This document shows positions 1 to 14,824 of a stretch of DNA of 64,000 nt, piece after piece. Position 1 is the first letter of the stretch, and each line of letters starts with the position of its first letter. This DNA is from Auanema rhodensis (lineage: Eukaryota; Animalia; Nematoda): contig OZ059896.1 in assembly GCA_964057225.1 (NCBI GenBank), positions 11,036,001-11,100,000 on the forward strand, written 5' to 3'. Below the pieces are notes generated by a model that was not told the origin of the DNA, searched no databases, and saw only the letters and a list, made by a program, of their open reading frames with translations. A program made the position numbers and the translations under genes.

Positions 1-3000
1 TAAACTTAAAATATTTGGTGGATTTGACCAATTCTAGATGAGCTTGCTTTTCTAAAAACGAGTAGTTACATCTTTCTCGTTGTCTCTATTTTAACAAATG
101 TATCATAGAAAAAGCCATTAAATAGAAACTTTACTATATATACATAGTATATATACAAAACGTTAAGTAAAAATGTTTAACGAATAAAACTATCTAGTAA
201 TAGTTGAAGCGAAATTTTTTTAATAGTACTTTTAAAATATTCTCATGGGATTTCAATGACTTGTTTAAATCTTTGTTCTTTTATGTTCTTTTTTTTTAAC
301 ATTTTCTTCATATTTATTTATTTTTTTAATAAGTTTATAATGCAAATACTTCCTGCTAGTTAATAGCCAGAAATAAAAATTTCTAAATTTCAATTTGACA
401 TGAAACATACAAAAAGGATTGGCTTTGTCTATGCATTCTAACAAAGACAAAATGATCGAAAGAAATAGAATGAAAGAATTGTTGTCTTAGGATAATCTGT
501 AAATACTTGATGTGAATTTCACATTTATATCGAATATTTGAAACATTTTAAATAAAAAAATAAATAAATTAAATTGAAAGAAATATTTAAAAAAATTAAA
601 AAGAAAGTTAGTACATACATGGACAAACATGGACAAACATGGATATGCATATGTGGACATGTCAATGAAACATAGTAACAAGAGACTGATTCAGGTAGTT
701 AACCTAATACGAAATGGCAGATGGTCAATTCTCATAAAGACTTAGATTTATAAAATATTTTTTTTATTAAACTATTCATATTATACATTTAGATACATGT
801 ACATGTTGTACATTACATACATATATCTGTGAAAACATACAAATGGTTGCAAGCACGTAGGCCGGAAACTTTTTTTTGTACTTTAAGCTATAAAAGGAAA
901 TGAAAAAGATTTCTGATGAAAAGATGTTGTTTAGTGAATGGATAACGATTATAATATGAAACAATAATTTGATGTTTTAAGAAAACTAAAATTGAAAGAA
1001 TTTTTACTTTTTTTTTTCAAATATAGAAGATAATTTAAATAAATATAAATAGTTACTTTATATAATTAAGCAAATGATAAAATCTAAAAAAATCAAAAGC
1101 TTAAGATTTTGAGAAAATTGAGAAAATAATCTAGATGAGAATCCAAAATTAAGCGTGAACAAGGAAGGAAGAGCACATTTCAATGAGAAGGGTTACTGAA
1201 ATAGAAAGTTGCCTCGCTATGCTGTAAATTGGTCTAATAAATCATAAGATATATGTTAATATAGTAACACTGAAGAAGCAAGGGTATAAAATACTAATAG
1301 AAGAGTGAGTACGGGTAAGAATGAAGATTCCAATTGATGAGAGAGTACTAAAACGGATACATAATATAGAGAGAAGTGAGAGAAAAAAGAACGAAGAGAG
1401 TGAGTGAGCTGCCATACTTCTCTCTTAAGGGTAGAAGAGAAGACGAAGATTTCATGACGACTGATGGAATAGGAGCCTTGGGACAGATCGAGACAGAGAG
1501 AGACCAGATAGAAGGGAACGAGCCACTCTTCGTTGATCTGAACTTGATGGGCGTGGCTAAGCACAAGGAAAATAAGGGCGGCTTGACAGACTGACAAGAT
1601 TGTTCTCTATCAGAAAAAAAAACTAATAGATATATAAAATATAAACAAAAATATTTCGAAGAAAAAAAATTTTTGAAAGAAGTCAAGTTTTCTATTTTAC
1701 TTATATTTCCTTTCTTTTGAGTTTTAAGATACATATCTGTTGAAATGTATTGACATTCTGATGAATATACATCTATCTATATGAATGTATGAAATGTTAT
1801 TTTCTCTCTGTTTTCATTCTCAAACAAAGTAGTTATGTAGAAAATATTTTAAAAAGTTAGTTTGAAAGAAAATGTTTAAAAACTGAAATTTCAAGATGAT
1901 ATGAGAATATATGAAGATTATATTACTTATATGTACTATATAAAATTGAATAAGTTATCAAGATTCAAATTATTAAACACAAAAGTTATTTGAAATTTAA
2001 TTATAAATTAAGTTAATATACTAAACTAAAATAAACATTACATACATATACATATATGTATATGTATATTCAATTGTATAAATATTATAAAATGATGAAT
2101 AGATACTATAATATCTATATTGTTGATGATATTTATATTATTATTATATTCTTTACTATATGTTGTATAGGTATATAGTTAAGATGATGAGGATGATGAT
2201 GATCAAATACTTAAAGTAAGACAAAGTGCATATCAAGGATTGACAAGATTGTCAATGTTTCTTTCTGATTCTATTGGTTTAAGATTGTTCAAGTATAACA
2301 AACGGAAACAGTAATTGGTTAGTATACAACTTTAATTTTTTTTATTCAAAAAAAGAAAAAGAAGAATAGTACAGGAAATAATAAAAAACTTGAGGAAATT
2401 ATATTGATAAGATACATATGCATATTCATATAGTATACATCTTCATATACTTATATGTATATTCATTTACTCTATTTCTCATTTTTTTTTGCCTTCAACT
2501 CATTGATATATACATAAGGGTTTATAGAGTCTGTCTTGAATACTATATTTCAAATAAAAAAGAAGGAAAGAAGAAAGAGAATGATGAGATGAGATGACAA
2601 GACCCAGATGATTTGTCGGCAAATTGGTATCGTTAGGCAAATACGGTAAGTGACAGGCTAGAGGTCTTCACAATGACATGAAGTATGGATTAGGAGACAA
2701 AAAAAAAGATGAACGACAATATCCGAAGAAGGTGATGGTAACGAAAAGAAGAAAAAAGATTTCAAGTGGCAACAGATTACAGGATTACAACATGCTGGTC
2801 AGATGTATATGGACAGATTGTCGTAAATATGAAAAAAACATGCAACAGGGTATGGACATGTATATGGGCATGTACATCATAATTTTAATTTTATTAAAGC
2901 AGGTTATGCTAGTGCAATCTGAATGGTTCCTAAGCTCAATGTGAAATTCATAATGTAGCAATTTCTTTCCGATTGCCCACTAGCATATAAGGAGGGGGTG

Positions 3001-5870
3001 GGAGCACGTTGAAGTCGTTTTAAGCACATTTTAAGCTTTTTCTTCTGATGCAGCTCGTAGGTGGTTTCTATAGATTGTATTCTGTTTCATATTGAAGAAG
3101 TGAATGAAAGAAGGAAGTTGAAATTGTTGTTAGCAGCTTGCAGATGGAACTCAAAGACGAGAAGGACAAGACGGTGACAAGAAGCCGAATAGTCGTTTGA
3201 ACAATGTCTGGCTCACAGTTGGTGGTCCCTCATAACACACATTCTCTTAGTTTTACTTGTAGGCTAACAACACAAAAAGAGAGTGGCAGGAAAAAAAAGA
3301 AGGAAAAAGAGTAAGAGTAAAGCTAATAAGAGAATTTTATATGAAAAATGAATAAATTCATACAAATTATATTTATAAAAAGTATGTCTGATAACTAATA
3401 TACAAACAACTTTGATGAATGAACATCAAAAGTTCTTAATTGTTATGATTTTTAAACTATATATGTATATAAAATATATAAGTATAGACATATAATAATA
3501 TGAAAACATAGTTGGCAAGATATGTCATCCAATGAAATACTATTTAATTCTGGCTGTTTCAAGTCTTCAAAAGTCATGAACCCATATGCAATATCACATC
3601 TTCGTATATAGAAAATGGCAAGATACTTTAGAAAGAGAGGATATCGAGAGAGAAAAATAGAGAGAAAGAGAGAGAGAAAGAGAGATTTAGAATGAGTAGA
3701 TGAGAAGGACAAGTTGAAAAAGTCTCAAAATCAAATTGAAATTGATATAAATTCGTGTCTATCTTCCGTCTGTCTGTCATTAAAACAAGCAATCGTCCAG
3801 AACAGAATTTACATCATGAATTTGTGCTACAAACATATAATAGAATTTTATATGAAATAAACATATATTTTATGTTTTAAATTAAATTAAAAAAGAGATA
3901 TTTATTTATAAAATAAAAATAAAAAAATATTTATAATAAATATAATTTCGTATAGTGAGTATAAAATTATTATATACTATGTATGTATGAATGTATATGT
4001 AAGCATATTAGGTTATAGTCTAAAAGAAAAGGTGAATAAGGAAAAGATTATCGTATATTGAAAGAAAAGTTAATGAGTGGAAAATAAAAGTATTTGTAAA
4101 TCATATTTAGTTGAAGTGAAGAGAAAGTAAGAAATGAAGACGTAAAAGGAACGGATATGTATGCACCTTTCGGTTACTTTGTCGGCTTCTCTATTCAATT
4201 TGTACATTGTTCTGAATTTTCCTTTTGGCTACCTAGTCTTCAATATGTTTTAGGTTCTTACAGAGAGAGAAAGATAGAGAGAGAGAGATAAAGAGAGAGA
4301 GAAAGAAGGTAAAAGAGAGAGAGAGAGAGATGGGGATCCATAGGTGACTTCACTATACTATATAGTTATGGAATAGTTAAACATCTTTGTGAAAACCAGG
4401 AAATATATATGCAATATGTGATAAAAATCAAAGAATAAGCGACAAAAAGAGAATGAAAAAGAATGTCACTCAGCGGTCAATTGACTGTATATGCTTTGGG
4501 CTTGTGTACATTGTCACATAGGTTTTTTGGTTCAGCTCTTGCGTTCACAGGTTACCTAACCATACATACGAAATCAAAGATGAGTGTGCTCTCTCTCCCC
4601 CTCTCTCTCTTTCTCTCTCATTCTCTCTTTCTTTCTTTCTTTCTCCTTTCTGACTCATTCTCTTTCTCATATACACTATTTATTTTCTTCTCTTACTACA
4701 TCGTTCCCATACGTGCATGTTCAAAATCTGTTATGCTTATATGTTGTCCCGTGGTCCTGTGTATCTAGTGACTACAACAAGCCTTTCTTCTATTTGGTCG
4801 AAACTGCAGGAGTTCAGTCTTTGTTCTGCACAGCAACCAGATCATATAATTATGGGACTATAAACGATCAAAATCGTTAATGATATACCACATCTAGCTA
4901 TGACCAGCCGACCTTTTCTTGAGCCGATCTATATCAGCTTACATGAGCTTAGCAATCCGGGTGTCTAATCTTCTACAAAAAAACAACAGACATCATCGTA
5001 TAAATTAAGAAAAAAAATTAGGATTGACCGGTAAATGTGATACAAAAAAAAACATAAATATATGTCTTTTTTAATATAAATATATTGAAGAAAAAAAGAA
5101 AAAATCATTTTATTTCTATATAATTAGTAACATTTTAAGTAGAAAGTTATAGTATTATAAGGTCAAGTATGATCTATTTATCTATATGTATAAACATATT
5201 AATAAGAAAACATTTTAATGTTATTTTGTATACATTTTTGAAATCTTCTTTCAAGTTGCATAAAGATTTTCAATCTGCTCTTTCCACTTGAATTTGCTTA
5301 GAAAGAACTGAACAATAGAAGCAGCCATCTATGAATATCTACTTGGCTGTTGAAATAATAATAATAACAGAGACTTGAGTACTTAAAAATTCAAAATCAA
5401 AACTTCTTCGAAAATTTTATTTAAAATCAAAATTATAAACTAAAAAGAAAACATATGTTTTGATATGTATCATCGTGTATTTTTAGCAATAAATAAAAAA
5501 TGTTTATTATAAGATTATAATAATTTCTAACATTATGCAAGTTTACAATTCAAGTTTTTCTCACCTTAGTGAGTTTGTAGCAACACATTGTGTGATCTGA
5601 CTTGCTGGAAAACTTTGCAGGCAATAGGTGAAAGGTGAAGGACAACTTCCAGCTTGAGAGAATAGCATTGACACCTGAGAATTTGCCATGGAAAGGCTGT
5701 AGAAGCGGAATTGATTATGACCAAGTAGGTTATGAGTCACCTATATGCATTGATGCTTATGTTACATGCATTTCAATTTGCAATAGTAATAGTATAAAGA
5801 TTTAAATATTTATAATAATAATAAAAAAACAAAAATTCTTTTTAACTTTATAACAATTTAAAAAATATTT

Positions 5871-7491
5871 TTACAGGCAAATAATTATATATAAGCTTCA
5901 ACATATTCAACTTTTTTAGGTATAATTGTAAAGAAAATAATTGAAAAAATGGTATCACCCAATAAAAAAATAAAAAAATTGATATATTCAATCACATAGT
6001 TAAAATCCATATTGAATATTGTTTTTCTGAAATAAATATTTAGTTTTTTAAATTTATTTATATATATTTAACCTTTTTTTAGTTAAACATTCTTTTAATA
6101 GATATATAAGTCCTAAAGATATTAATGCTAGAAATGTTAATAATAATTGAATAAACATCCATAGATCTTAAAACAAATTATTTATATATTATAATTTATA
6201 AATATTACTTAATAATGGAAACTTTGCTGATCGAGGAACTTCATTAACAACTATAGTTAACATAAATAATAAACCTAAAAAACCAGCTAATCCAAAGTTA
6301 ATCTAAATTATTTTATATTTCATAGTTAACTATATCAAATATATTTTTTTTAAAACTTACTTTATCACTTGTATCAATTTCTAATGGTAGTAGTATAGCA
6401 ACAAATATTACGATTGTCATAATACTTGTTGGAATAATTAAAAAAACAACATAAAATGCTGAATTTCTCTCCAATTTTACTACAAGTCGAACAAATTGTA
6501 CATCACCAATAGGAGCATTCATTGTATAATTTTTTTGATTAACACTCAAAAATGACCATTCAGTATTTCCCTTTAATTATAATTTAGTTATTTTCATATT
6601 TTTATAATATTTCACTTACAAACAGTGTCAAGTTTTCAAGAAATAGATGAATATCAATCATTTCCATTGTATTACCTGGACTTTCAAAATCAATTGTGCA
6701 ATATTGAGTGTCAAAAGGAAAATATTCTGGAAAATACTTCTATATTTTTCTTCTTTTTTATTACAAAAATTTAAAACATACCCACATTGATAGGACAGAA
6801 TAATTCATATGTCGCATACATTCGTAATGCTGCTGTTCCATCATCTGATATCTTTATATTAAAGTTATTATATGTAATTTATTAAAATTTATAATAAAAC
6901 CTGTACTTTATTTTCTGATTCTTTGGTCATATATTCAGTTTTGAGGCTGAATAAGATGATTTATACTGATATATCAGTTAATATTACCTATTATATACAA
7001 CAATGTTTGGAACCCAAACTGAAGTAGCAGGAACTAAAGCATATGACCAACCAAAATCGCTCATATTAAAAGCCAATCTTTCATCTTTCCAGATCCAAAA
7101 TAAGAAATATAATGATAAGAAGATGAAGCTTTTGAAAAATAAATTTTAAACTTACTATAGAAACAAATATAAGCATTTGACATTTTTGTTTTCCATCATC
7201 CTTTAAAATTAAAATAATTATAAAATTAAAATATAATTTATAATAAATATACCAAATCTACTAATATATAAAATGGAACTTGTAATGTAACTTCTAAACG
7301 TTTTTTATAATATTCCATTGGAGATTCATCTTTATCATATTTATCTTTTAAATATTTTGCAATATAACCAGAATTTGTTTTAAATTCTTCTAAAATATTT
7401 CATCAACATACTTTTTTTTTTTATAAAATTACTTACCTGCATTACTAATTATTACAAAAAAATATATAAATATAGTATAATATACTTTCAT
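5871..7491 (-). CDS. Cys-loop ligand-gated ion channel subunit (divergent non-alpha nAChR-like, nematode lgc type), multi-exon
   Basis: Manual splicing gives signal peptide MKVYYTIFIYFFVIISNA, the motifs IWKDERLAFN and VWVPNIVVYN, Cys-loop CPINVEYFPFDTQYC (C-x13-C), GNTEW, M1 (FYVVFLIIPTSIMT), DK-M2 (DKINFGLAGFLGLLFMLTIV), VPRSAKFPLL, M3, a very short loop, M4, then TAA at 5871. There are no vicinal loop-C cysteines. One intron (7095-7155) needs a GG acceptor. Confidence 0.88.
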
Positions 7492-7664
7492 GAAATGAAA
7501 ATTTGAAATAATGAACTTCAAATCGAGTTACTGAGTTAGAAGCGTTTCAAATCATTTAACATTTAAAAATGTTTTATATATTTGTTTAATATTTCATATA
7601 ATTAGACATTATTTTAGAGTATCTAATTTATTTTATTGAAAACAATTATTAGTTTAAGTTCAAG

Positions 7665-8808
7665 ATGAAAATTTACTTTGAAATTTAATCGGTGATGGTG
7701 CTGCGTTACACAGAAACTAACTTTTAGAAAGAACTTTATTATGAAAGGAAAAGAAACATTGTCGTCTTGAACTTATCTTTATTTTAGATATTTTGAGATG
7801 AACGACCTATTCTGATATATTAGCGGATTAAAACAGAAAAGTTCAGTTAAGGATCGGGTTGAATCATACATAAGTTCCATCAATTTGGAGAAATGATCAA
7901 CAACTGCCAAACATACAGTTGTGTTCGTTGAACACTAACATTGAAAAAGTTATTTAACTACAAAAAAAATTAATCGATGTTTCAACTCGATAGCAAATCT
8001 TTTATTCAGTAAATAAAAGAAAAGAAAACATTATTTATCAGTTTTTAATTCTTCTTTGTTTCATATGTTTTAGTATAAATTGCATTCCGCATGGTTTGAA
8101 CTTGATTCTACAGATTGTGTTCAAGAAAAAACCTTTTCTACATTTTCCTGAAAAAATGAGTCAAGGAGTTTTCGTTTTATGAGCAAAGCATGGCGGTGTA
8201 GTGAGGGATTGGGCTCTTTATTAAGATGATTGCACATTTGTTGACTATGGGGTAAATTTAATTTTTTTATTAAAAAAAAAAGAAATGAAAACTATTTCAA
8301 GAACTCTGTTTACGATCGTGTTGTATTTCAAGAAGAAGATATGCTGTTCCATGAATCTGAAGTGGATTTTTTTTGTAGAAAAAGTACTAAATGTATTTGA
8401 GAAAGCTACTTAGTTATCATGTTTCAAAGTAGAAACTATTGCTTGCACATATGAAAGTTGTCGTTTCATATAGCAAAAACTGAATACTTCTGATTAACTT
8501 AATTTTTTACAATTTATATTAGTTTATACATCTTTATAGGTGAAAAACAAATACTAATGTTCTTGTTTTTCAAAATTTTCGTCATGGTATCATCACATCA
8601 ACAGATTCTTAATTTGAAAAAATAATTGGGGATGATAGTTGTTTTACCCACATCTGGCTTTTTCAAACTATAGAATTAGATTACTGAAAATACATATTTA
8701 AGAGATATGATCATGAATAAACTACAGGAAACTCCACGAGTTATAATCTCTGAAGGGATTGAATATCAGAATTTAGGCAGTTTGGTTTATCCAGTTCATT
8801 GGAATTAA
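7665..8808 (+). pseudogene. Possible decayed multi-exon gene of unknown family
   Basis: Blocks bounded by tttag|...|gtaa and ttaag| sites translate into protein-like stretches (NSVYDRVVFQEEDMLFHESEVDFFC; DMIMNKLQETPRVIISEGIEYQNLGSLVYPVHWN*). In-frame stops and frameshifts interrupt them, and no family was recognised. Confidence 0.3.
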
Positions 8809-10109
8809 CTCCACTGACTTCAGATCAAATCTTAGATCACATAATACAAAGTAACTTTCTTCATCTACCAGCATTATTACAGTGCACAAAAATATTTTCT
8901 CACTCATCATTTCAATTTCCTCGAGTCCCCCAAATTTATTTTCTCTCTTATCTTCAAGCTAAAATACCTTCCACTAAAAAGAACCTACAAACTATATTCG
9001 ATATCAAACTGTAAATCAGAGAAAGCACATGCACACACAAAGATAGATAAATTAGAAAGTTGACTACTCTAAAATTTGTAGGCTGTTAAAGACTTCGTAC
9101 CAAAATAAATTTGAAAAAGAATTCAGTACAGAGCCTTAAAAAAATATTTTCTTCAGTTTAACTACGGTATTCATTCAATTTTTTATAAAAAAAAGATGTT
9201 ATATAGTATCAGATCAAGCTAAAAAGAAAACTGGAAAGTTATAAACCATATTCTACGTTTGTTGTAGGGTTATATGTATGTGTACCAAACTCAAATAATA
9301 TATTTTTTAAAAGAATGCTCATTCTTTTAAAACTTTAATCGATTTTAATTATCTTTGAACATTTATTGAGTTCAGTTAAATGTGATTAAACTTTAAAATT
9401 CAGTATGATCAAACCGTTATTTTTAATGTTTGAAGAGAAATGTGGTTAATAAAATTTGTTAAGAATCATGATTATCATTACAAAGACGTCAAGATCAAAA
9501 GATGCTCTAGAATCATCAATTTTTGAACGATGACTCAATGATAGACAGCTGGCAGAAGCCGTATGAAAATTGTTTAAAGGTGGGAAAAACGGGATGTTAG
9601 AAGAAAAGACTTTTCAATCATTCTACCACCATTCCAGCGTAGTTTTCTTCCAATTTTTCACGAAAACAGCTGTGAAGAATTTGCTTTAATACATGAACAA
9701 TACAACTGTGAAAGATTTCGGGTCAAAGCTTTGCAGATTTTCTGTCTTTTTGTTCTCATAAAGTTTCTTTTTTTCATTTTTCATTGCAGTATTAACCAAT
9801 AAGAAATATCTTTCATTTATGTTGATTTTTGTGCTTACAATTGGAGACAGATTTCATTTATTAGTACTCACATGAGATTTCTTAAAGAATATTCATTTTC
9901 AAATCTCTTATATATACATACATATCATTGAATATTGAATCGTCAATCAGCCATTGTTTAGTATTATTGTTTTTCTTCAAGTTTGTTTGTTTTATCCAGC
10001 ATTTCATTTGCAATAACGTTTTTAAAAACTTTAAACTTTTTTTAAAAAAATAATTTTTGTTTCTTTTTTTTTAATTCAATTGTTTTTAAGAATTATGCTC
10101 ATTTGAAAC

Positions 10110-11936
10110 ATGTTGCAATACTTGTATATCTTTATACTAATCAAACTAAGTTCCCAATCTGGTGAACTGATTGATTCTCGTGTCCGAATAGAACGTTTAT
10201 GGGAATTAAATACAAAAACAAGTGTAAGTTATAATCTTATAACTCAACTATTATTTTTTCTTTTTTTCTTTAGGATCTTAAAATTACATTCATATTAGAA
10301 CAAGGTCTTGTTGGATATGATATAACATCATCATTTCCTATTATCTATAATAGTTCTAAGGTTATTCCGCCTTTTAATGAAGCTTATTTTGATTTTAAAT
10401 CATATATACAACAAGGTCCAATAGAAGCATCTCAAAGCAAAGAGTTGATCATTGGTATACGTCGAAGGTAAGAATCTTACAACATCATTCAACATATAAA
10501 TATATAAATATAATAGTTTGTTGTAACATTTTATATTTTTATACTTGAGTGCAACTGCTTTCTTCTAATTAACACATATTTCTTCCTTGTTTCATTTCTT
10601 AATACTCTTTCTTTTCATCTCATATTTCTTTATTTCACTCACTAAGTCAAATCGATGTATGTTATATGATGTATGGTGGGTGATATATCAACCACTATCA
10701 TGATAGAAGCACATGAGCCAACTGACAGAATAATGCAGAAATTGTTAAAAACTTATTGTCAATGTGATTTTTACACTTTTTTTGCTTGCAGATTCGAAGC
10801 CACGATTAGCTGTCTACATAATGATCAATTTCCATTTGACAGGCAAAGCTGCACGTGGAAGCTCATCATCTGTGAGTTAACGAGAGCTCAATCGTTTGTT
10901 GAGAGCAATTTCAAAATGTTTAGTGGGAAAACCAAAAGATGCACTTGACTTACGATGGGCTATTAAACCATTAGAAAGTAACGATCTAGCATTGCCTGAA
11001 TTTATTGTAGAAAAGGTAAAGGGTTTGAACTATATACCTGTATAGATATTTCTCTTTGTACAGGTTTCACCTTCAACTTGCGTTCATGAAACATCTTTAC
11101 CATCTGCTTTTACCTCTACATCTACTCATGGTAAATTTAAATTTTGAATATTTTTCATTTTAATTACATTATTTGAAATAATGCAATTATTATAGTTCTT
11201 CATGGATGTATATCTGTAGTAATAGAACTACGACGATCATTGACCATTCCACTAACTCGTCTCTTTATACCAACATCATTGGCATTATTTCTCTCATGGT
11301 TATCGTTTTATACAAAACGATCAGATCTCCTTCCACGAATTATATTACCTATATCATCCATTATCATTCAAATGCTTTTGGTTAGATTATACGTATGTTT
11401 TGTACGAAATAGTGCAATTTCAGGCGTTAAATTATCTCTCTGCTGTTGCTATTTCTACAACTTTAACACCAGCTGATGTATGGTGTATCTTACTGACCGC
11501 TCAATGTGTTCTAGTAATATTTTTGGTATTTAAATAATAATAATAATAAGTATTATTATTAAAATAATTTATTTTTAGTTATTTGTCATTTCTATAGTCG
11601 AAACAAAATCAAAGAAGTATATGGATTTAGCTGGTGATAAACCAAATGTACGGCGACAAAGCAAAGGAAGACATCATCGTCATGCTATGAAATCTTTGCC
11701 ATACAAAAAAGGAAAAGATGAGGTTATTCATAATTTATTGAAAACAAATAAATTTTAAAATTAAGGAAAAATGTATTTCATTTGAAGAAGTGATGTCATG
11801 TGAATTTAGAAAACAATCAGATTCATTTTCATTAGCTGCAGTTCGTATACAAATTCTTGCTAGAATATTATGTCCTTTAACATTTATTATATCAACATCT
11901 CTTTTCTTTTTACTTTATTTAGTTAATTTCTTTTAA
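10110..11936 (+). CDS. Divergent Cys-loop ligand-gated ion channel subunit, anion-channel (GluCl/GlyR-like) branch, 9 exons
   Basis: All introns are GT-AG. The model has a signal peptide, Cys-loop CLHNDQFPFDRQSC, LALPEF, a second Cys pair (STCVH...HGCISVVIELRR), M1 LFIPTSLALFLSWLSFY, M2 LPRIILPISSIIIQ, M3 ADVWCILLTAQCVL, M4 ARILCPLTFII and TAA at 11934-11936. Confidence 0.85.
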
Positions 11937-12304
11937 AGAATCGTTTCTCATATATATAATTATATCTTTGTGTTTATGAATCTCTTATAATTTTCTTTCA
12001 ATCTGTTGAACTATGTCATGTTAAGTTTAGTTAAATGTTTAGAATTTTTATAAAGAAAAATGAATAATTATCATGTTTATCATTATAATATGTACATATA
12101 TGTACATATGTATACATATTTACAATAATATTTTAAAAGAATAATAACTTTTGGTTTATTAATTGATTTGTAATTTTTCAATATTTTTTGAATATATCAA
12201 GTTTTCTTAAAGCATTTTAAACATAATAATTTTATACGTATATCAATGTAAGTAAAATATATAAGAAAAACATTTTTAAAAATTCAAATTATTTATATAT
12301 CTTA

Positions 12305-14652
12305 TCACAATTGTTTTGATTTTTGTACTTTAAATTTGTGATATACTATATAACAAATATATTTGATAACAATATATGATATAAATAAAAATCCTATTAT
12401 GCATATTAGCGAAACTAATATTACATCTACACAATAATATGTAAAAACATCTAATTCAGCATCCGGAATATTAAAAATCTAAATTATAAAATTAAAACAT
12501 TCAATAATAGAAACGTTTTACCTGGTGCAAGCTTCCATGTTCACCTGCAAATTCAACTGCTTCAATGAAACGTTTTTGCATTTTTTCAGCATTTCCTCTC
12601 AACATATTAGATAATCGTTTAGCTTGTGTTCGATATCTAAACAATAATTGTAAAAAATGAAATTATTCTGTTACAAACTTTGAATTTTCTAGAATTTCTT
12701 TCAGAGCATTGTATAGGATATCAGGATTTCTGTTTCCTTTACTTACTTCTACAGCCATTCCTCGTGAAATCGCTATAACAAATTGAAATAAATAAACTAT
12801 TTTGATGTTTGTTTATATTTACCACATCTTGTATTATGATATTGATCAGCAAACAAAGGTATAGCAATTAAAGGAACTCCACCGTAAGCTGCTTCCAGGA
12901 AAGAGTTCAAACCCATGTGAGTAATAAACGCAACAACTCTTGAATCATCTAAGAATGATTTCCATTATATTGAAGAAATATTTGAAATCTAATCGAACTT
13001 ACGTAATAAATCAGTTTGTGGAAACCAATTAACTAGAACTAAATTATCAGATTTATCAAATATATCACCATCTTCCGGTTGTTTATCATATTTCCAAACA
13101 AATGTATATTCCGGAAAATGCTTTATAGCTTCAACGAAACTTTGTTTAATGTAGTATGGAATTTTTGAAGATGGAACTTGGGTACCAAATGAGAATATAA
13201 CTGTTCCCTTTGATCTTAGGTTCAAAATCCTATCAAACTCCTAAAAAAAACAAACTAACAGTTATTCTTCACTTCTTAAGTTGTACCGATGATAACGCCT
13301 TAGCCTTTGGTAAGGCTGACCCTCCGATATAAACAACTTTATGGCTGATAGTTCTAGGCTTTTCAACAAATTCGTTCGAATTAACAAAAACAAGATCAGA
13401 ATTACGATATAAAGTTAGAGTGGAAGGGAAATCTTTTCCATAAATGCTTCGTACAAGTTCGTCCTTAATTATAAATTTTAATATTTAACTAAAGTATTAT
13501 AAAAATAGGAAATCCATTAAAATATTATATTTAAACTTACATTTTTTGCTGTTGCTACATCTTGAAAATATAGGAAATAAAAAGCCCTTTTCCAAAGTGC
13601 TGTCATTTTTCCCATTAGAGTCAATGATGCTTTTGGATCTAAGTTATCTTTAAAAAATCTATTGAATTTTATATAATAAATTCTTCAGAATTACCCATTA
13701 CAACACTAACAGGGCTTGGTAATCCTAAGCTAGTAACTTGATTGAATAATAGATTCGTTGCAGTATATGAAGCTATGGACTTAATTTGGGCTTTATGTCC
13801 TAAGACATATCCACAAAAATCATAGTCTGATGCCAAAAAAATGTCGTATTTTTTTTCAGTTAAGAACTTTATTGCTTCGTTTGATTCTAATGAAACTGAA
13901 AAAAAAAACTTTCTAGTTTATAATCATATTACATAAAAGATTAATAAAGAAATTTACTTGTTTTAGAATTAAAAAATATGTATGTACTCCAATCTCATAT
14001 ATAAATGTTTAATCTTTAAATTCAGTTGTTAAATATCAGAAACAAAATATTTTCTTATTCTCAGATAAGAAAATGAATGTTAATAGATCATTAGCTTTCT
14101 TATCGACACAAACTATAATTTATAAGAAGGTCAGACAGATAATTCTTCTAATTACTCTCAAAGATATATATATATATTTCCTCTAATGTTTTCTCAACTT
14201 TAAAAACTTTGAAGATTTGAACTAACTTTTGCATAAATCGCTCGTAATATTCCACATTTTTAGATGATCAAAATCTTGATAATCCATAAATGGCTGTTTT
14301 AAATGAGACATTTTTTGCCATGGACTATTATTATCAGGAAATTCAATAAGAAGAAACCGATCGGCACATGTATGATTGGATGATACTTCTGTGGCTGAAT
14401 TGAGTCTGCCAACAATTAAATCCTGAAACAAACTTTCATATTTATTGAACTTTAGCAAGATATCTTTAATTAAGAATATAGATAAGAATAATATATGCTC
14501 ACCACACTATGCCCTTTATTTTGAAGAAGCTTTATTAAAGCATTGACGAAATTAAGATGGCTTTTTCCTATCAATGTTAGATGGAAAACTATATTCAAGG
14601 AATATATTGAATGTATAGAATATAAAAATATAATGAAAAGTTTTATATTCAT
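12305..14652 (-). CDS. UDP-glucuronosyl/UDP-glucosyltransferase (ugt family)
   Basis: Signal peptide, GKSHLNF catalytic-His motif, [13 protein letters not shown], the UGT signature [29 protein letters not shown], a C-terminal TM helix and the KSKQL* dilysine-type ER motif. All introns are canonical. Confidence 0.95.
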
Positions 14653-14824
14653 CCTGAAAATAAAAGAAAATCTTATTTGGAAAAATATAAATAATATTTA
14701 TTATATAAATAAAGCCATGTGCCTCATTAAATAACTATAAATTAAAAATATTGAGTTGAGGTCAAGTCCACTATACTTTACCAAAAAAAATATCAAAATG
14801 GCAAAGTTTATTAGGCCTTTTGGT

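Noticed and set aside
1256-4880. ORF-track entries in the first 5 kb and similar F/L/S/I/Y-rich ORFs in 43-64 kb
   Set aside because: They are low-complexity translations of AT-rich or CT/GA-repeat DNA without domain or splice support.
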